Assembly: GCA_019058315.1 (NCBI GenBank)
Contig: JAHPZH010000002.1
Span: 1,261,910 to 1,325,909 of the forward strand
Reading direction: 5' to 3'
DNA from: Candidatus Helarchaeota archaeon
GTDB lineage: Archaea; Asgardarchaeota; Lokiarchaeia; Helarchaeales; RDOG01
Length of the DNA stretch: 64,000 bases
Shown: one piece after another, positions 60,429 to 64,000 of the stretch
Layout: each line of letters starts with the position of its first letter
Position numbering within the stretch: position 1 is the first letter of the stretch
Made by a program: the position numbers and the translations under genes
The notes under the pieces: generated by a model
The model's input: only the letters and a program-made list of their open reading frames with translations
Told to the model about the DNA's origin: nothing
The model's database searches: none

Positions 60429-62798
60429 CTATCTTGCTACTAATTCGTTAGTTTTAATGATGAGATGCGCATCGGTTTTCTTTGATGCTGAAACAATTAT
60501 TTCAGATTTATTGCCCGCCGAATTTACGATTGATACTTTAAAATTAGCGCCTTTACCGTTTAACCATACCCATTTGGCCAAATCTTCAATTTCCGTAAAT
60601 CTATTGAGTAAGGATTTCTCAGTAACAGTTTCTTCATCCCAATCAATCAATGTCATAGGTTTATATTTCGAGATTGAAAATGGTCCATCTTTAGGATAAA
60701 ATTCATCAGATGACTCAATCGGGTTATAATTAATATCCAATATGTTTAATTTTGGCATGTCCATTAAATTTTCCAGTATTGCTGATTTCTTTGATTCCCA
60801 TGGGTCATAAGTTAGAGCATTTTCAATTAATCTCAGATAGAAAGATTCATTTTTTAAATCCTTATATAGTGGACGGATTTTATTGAAAAGTTCAAAGTTT
60901 TTAGATTTATAGATATATAGGTATAGTAGGGAGAGTAAAAATCCTGCCTCTTGTTTGTTTACTTTTTTATGTTCACTGATTTTTTCTATACACCTGTCAA
61001 AATATTCATTTATTGTAGATATATCTGTTAGTTTTTTAAGTTCAAGATACATTTTACTTTCAAAAATATCTTCTAATTCTAAAAAGCTTAATGGATTTAG
61101 TTTCTGCTCAATTTTTAGAATGAAGTCATCCTGTTTTTCTTTAACACTAATATATCCTTTCTTGCTAAGATCATCAAGTAATGTTTTAGTTACTACTTCA
61201 TCAATTTTATAAAGATCTTGAACTTTACTTAAGCTAGTTTCCCCTTCATTATTTATTAAAAAAAGCAGCTGATACTTAGGACTCTTCTCTAAGAATTGAA
61301 TTACATCATCTAATTCCATCCTCAGTTTTTCACTAATTTCTTCAAATTCTTTTTTCATGTCATTTTTTATTGCATCAATATCTACTTCTTCCTTCGCTGC
61401 TATTTGAGTTTGCAAATTTTTTACATCTTGATCCTTTTTGTTAAGTTGTTCTTTAAGAGTTTCTATTTCTGATGTCTTTCCTTCTAATTCTTTAGAGGAT
61501 TCTTTCTTCGCATTTTCTAAATTTTTTTGATTTTCTTCAATTTGTTTTTTAAGCGTTTCTAATTCAGAAGTTTTTTCTTCTAACTGTTTTACTAATTCTG
61601 TGTCTTTTCCCTCTACTTGTTTTTTAAGTGCTTCTAATTCAGAAGTTTTTTCTTCCAACTGTTTTCCCAGTTCATCTTCTGTTTTATTTAATTTATCTCG
61701 CAAGGTTTCTAATTCAGTAGTTTTATCTTTTAATAGTGTTTCCAATTCAGCTTGAAATTCATCTTTAACTTTTTCGGATTCAGAAGCTTTAGCTTCCAAT
61801 TCTTGTCTAGTTTCATCAATTACTCCAGTTAATTCTTTTTCACGTTCAGCAAGTTTTTGTTTAATTTCATCAGATTCTGATGATTTCTTGTCCAATTCTT
61901 CCTTTGTTTTTAGGATCTGAGCTTCTAAATCTTTTTGCCTTTTTTCCAGTTCTTTTTTACTTAAACCGGTCTCTTTTTTTAAAGCTTCAAGCTCTTCTTC
62001 GCGGTCTTTAAGACTATCCTTAATTTTCTGCGATTCTGCCTCTCTATCTGCTAACTCCTTTTGTAATTCTTGTTTTACGGACTCAAGCTCCTCTTCTCGT
62101 TTATCAAGTTGAGCTTTTATTTTTGCAGCTTCTTCGGATTTATCTGCTAACTCTTGTTCTCTCAGTTCAAGTTGTTCTTTAATCCATTTAGATGTGGAAG
62201 CAAGCTTTTCTACTTCCTCCTCAGCTGCTTTGATTTGTCCTTTTAATTTATTAAGAGAATCTAACAGCATTTTGTAGTTACTTGATAACTCAGTTTTAAT
62301 TTCTTCAGACATACCTGAAACATTTTGATTTAATTTTTCAGAACCCTCTTCCAATTGTGGAACGAGTTTTTCTCTCATGAATACAAGTGATTCCATTTGT
62401 TCAAGTTTAAATGGAGTTTGACCTATTGTATCATCAAAAACACTTTGAGCTTCACTTATTCTTTTCCTCAATTGGACACGTAAATCCTCAAGTTCGTTTT
62501 TGAATTCTTCCTTTTTTGACTTTTTTACTAGTCCATCCAAAAATTTCATTGCTGGGGTGAATTTATCGTAAAATTCATCTGCTAGATAATCCATACTCGA
62601 TTCGACAATCTGGCTGAGGTCTAAATTGTTTATAAAATCTTGAGTTTCTTTACTCTTTAATTGAATCTGTTCAAATAAGTTCTTTAGAGAGTCTAAATTT
62701 TTATCGAATAAAGCAATCGATTTTAATTCAATTTCTGATTTGGAAAGTGTCTCAATTTTTCTAATTAGTTCATTTACTTCTTCCATTTCTTCAATCAC
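60429..62798 (-). CDS. Long coiled-coil protein with an internal winged-helix-like domain
   Basis: E/K/L/Q heptads over roughly 330 aa; 'PKYQLLFLIN...LDDLSKKGYI'. Confidence 0.8.
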   Translation of the reverse strand: MIEEMEEVNELIRKIETLSKSEIELKSIALFDKNLDSLKNLFEQIQLKSKETQDFINNLDLSQIVESSMDYLADEFYDKFTPAMKFLDGLVKKSKKEEFKNELEDLRVQLRKRISEAQSVFDDTIGQTPFKLEQMESLVFMREKLVPQLEEGSEKLNQNVSGMSEEIKTELSSNYKMLLDSLNKLKGQIKAAEEEVEKLASTSKWIKEQLELREQELADKSEEAAKIKAQLDKREEELESVKQELQKELADREAESQKIKDSLKDREEELEALKKETGLSKKELEKRQKDLEAQILKTKEELDKKSSESDEIKQKLAEREKELTGVIDETRQELEAKASESEKVKDEFQAELETLLKDKTTELETLRDKLNKTEDELGKQLEEKTSELEALKKQVEGKDTELVKQLEEKTSELETLKKQIEENQKNLENAKKESSKELEGKTSEIETLKEQLNKKDQDVKNLQTQIAAKEEVDIDAIKNDMKKEFEEISEKLRMELDDVIQFLEKSPKYQLLFLINNEGETSLSKVQDLYKIDEVVTKTLLDDLSKKGYISVKEKQDDFILKIEQKLNPLSFLELEDIFESKMYLELKKLTDISTINEYFDRCIEKISEHKKVNKQEAGFLLSLLYLYIYKSKNFELFNKIRPLYKDLKNESFYLRLIENALTYDPWESKKSAILENLMDMPKLNILDINYNPIESSDEFYPKDGPFSISKYKPMTLIDWDEETVTEKSLLNRFTEIEDLAKWVWLNGKGANFKVSIVNSAGNKSEIIVSASKKTDAHLIIKTNELVAR

Positions 62799-62921
62799 TT
62801 TAATATTTTCTTATTTTGATAAGTTACTTAAATTTCCATGAGTTTATAAGATATTACCTTAAATTTGATAACTGTTTTAATCCATAATTATTTAATTTTC
62901 ATAATTTTTAAATTTTTGAGA

Positions 62922-63962
62922 TTATAAAAAAAATCCTCCAGAAATCTCATAGATTTTTTGTGAAAGTTGGGGAATATTTTTAGGGATTAGGTTTTCAGTT
63001 TGAGGTCTTTTAGAATAAATTAATAGATAATAAACTTTTTCTTTAAATGAGAATTTATAAAAATATATTTTTCCCTTTCCTAATTTTAAATCACCTTCAA
63101 TATCAATAACCGTCTTCTCTGGGACAGTATCAGTTTCTTCTCTAGCCCAACTATTAATAAAATAGTGAAGTGCTTCATTTGCAATGCTTAAGTTTGCCAC
63201 ATTTCCATACTGTTCGAGAATAAAGAAATTTTCTTCCAATAAAATGACTGCAGAAGATAATGTTTTTTTCATAAATCCCTTCAATAGGTTTCTAAATAAA
63301 TTTTCAACTTTTACTATTCTCTTAAGACCTTCTGAAAAACATACTAATATTGACCAATAATCATAAATGGAGGTTTCAAAAAATGTAACATTCTTTATCT
63401 CTTTAAAACGTTCTTTTATTTCATTAACTTTAGATTGTATTTCATTCTGGGTTAATTGGTCAGGATCTAATTTATGAATTTGAACGAGAATTTTAGATGG
63501 ATCGATACAATTAATTTCTTGTAACTCTAATAACTGTTTAAAATATTCTATAGATTCATCGATCGTGTCTTCTTGCACATCGACAAAGTAAAAAATTAAA
63601 TCTATGTCAGAAAAACACTGATCAGATTGCAAAATATAATCTTTTCTATAGATATCTTGTCCGCCATAATCCCAAATACTAAATTCATATCCTAAAATAT
63701 TCAAAACTTTTCTAGATATCCCTTTTGTAGGTTTGAGTTGATGAATTGTACTAAAATTTTTTTGAAGCACTTCTAAAAAGGATGTTTTTCCGGCTGCTCC
63801 TAACCCCAATAAACAAATCTTTTTTATTAATTCTTCTTCTTCAGGTATTGTTTCAGGTTCTGTAATTATTTCTTCTTCTATCTCTAATCTTTTTATCAGT
63901 TCCCTTATAGTTGGACTTTTAACTTCTAATATTTCTAAAATTTTTCCTAAATCAGAACTCAT
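62922..63962 (-). CDS. Rag/Gtr-like (Arf-related) GTPase with C-terminal roadblock/longin-like domain
   Basis: GLGAAGKTS, PTKG, WDYGGQ, HKLD, ETSIYD; ~130-aa C-terminal alpha/beta domain. Confidence 0.85.
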   Translation of the reverse strand: MSSDLGKILEILEVKSPTIRELIKRLEIEEEIITEPETIPEEEELIKKICLLGLGAAGKTSFLEVLQKNFSTIHQLKPTKGISRKVLNILGYEFSIWDYGGQDIYRKDYILQSDQCFSDIDLIFYFVDVQEDTIDESIEYFKQLLELQEINCIDPSKILVQIHKLDPDQLTQNEIQSKVNEIKERFKEIKNVTFFETSIYDYWSILVCFSEGLKRIVKVENLFRNLLKGFMKKTLSSAVILLEENFFILEQYGNVANLSIANEALHYFINSWAREETDTVPEKTVIDIEGDLKLGKGKIYFYKFSFKEKVYYLLIYSKRPQTENLIPKNIPQLSQKIYEISGGFFL

Positions 63963-64000
63963 ATCTTGTAATTCTGTTAAATATTTATTCGAGACTATAA

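Noticed and set aside
60429-62798. SMC/Rad50 ATPase
   Set aside because: No Walker A/B or signature motifs
1-64000. tRNA, rRNA, IS elements or integrases
   Set aside because: Intergenic gaps are short and AT-rich with no cloverleaf-like GC stems, and no transposase or integrase motifs were recognised

Overview
This is an AT-rich archaeal chromosomal window, most likely from an Asgard archaeon (Lokiarchaeia/Helarchaeales-like). That assignment is inferred from archaeal GGTGA/GGAG ribosome-binding sites, carS, an archaeal-type ACDS operon, and many Rab/Rag-like GTPases and longin domains. Ordinary content includes a GNAT acetyltransferase, an Rnl2 RNA ligase, tandem SDRs, two ADP-forming acyl-CoA synthetase alpha subunits, an MFS transporter, MBL hydrolases, a crotonase, tldD-pmbA, a copper/arsenic island (copA, TRASH-Lrp regulator, arsC, arsM, Cys-rich AbrB), DUF763, cdhABC-orf-DE, an asparaginase and carS. 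The most striking element is at 22.4-36.6 kb. Six 7TM-longin fusion genes are arranged as three pairs, converge on two tandem Rab-like GTPases, and are followed by five tandem, mosaic 7TM-only paralogs. This is a candidate membrane-receptor/longin-GEF/small-GTPase signalling system. Other notable items are a Rag-like GTPase/coiled-coil/beta-sandwich gene run, TMEM62-like and IFT52(GIFT)-like proteins, a stand-alone copy of an ACDS terminal motif, a CTG-start gene missed by the ORF track, and two 8-repeat beta-propeller surface proteins. I recognised no tRNA, rRNA, CRISPR array or transposase. All family calls come from motif recognition by eye, not from database searches.
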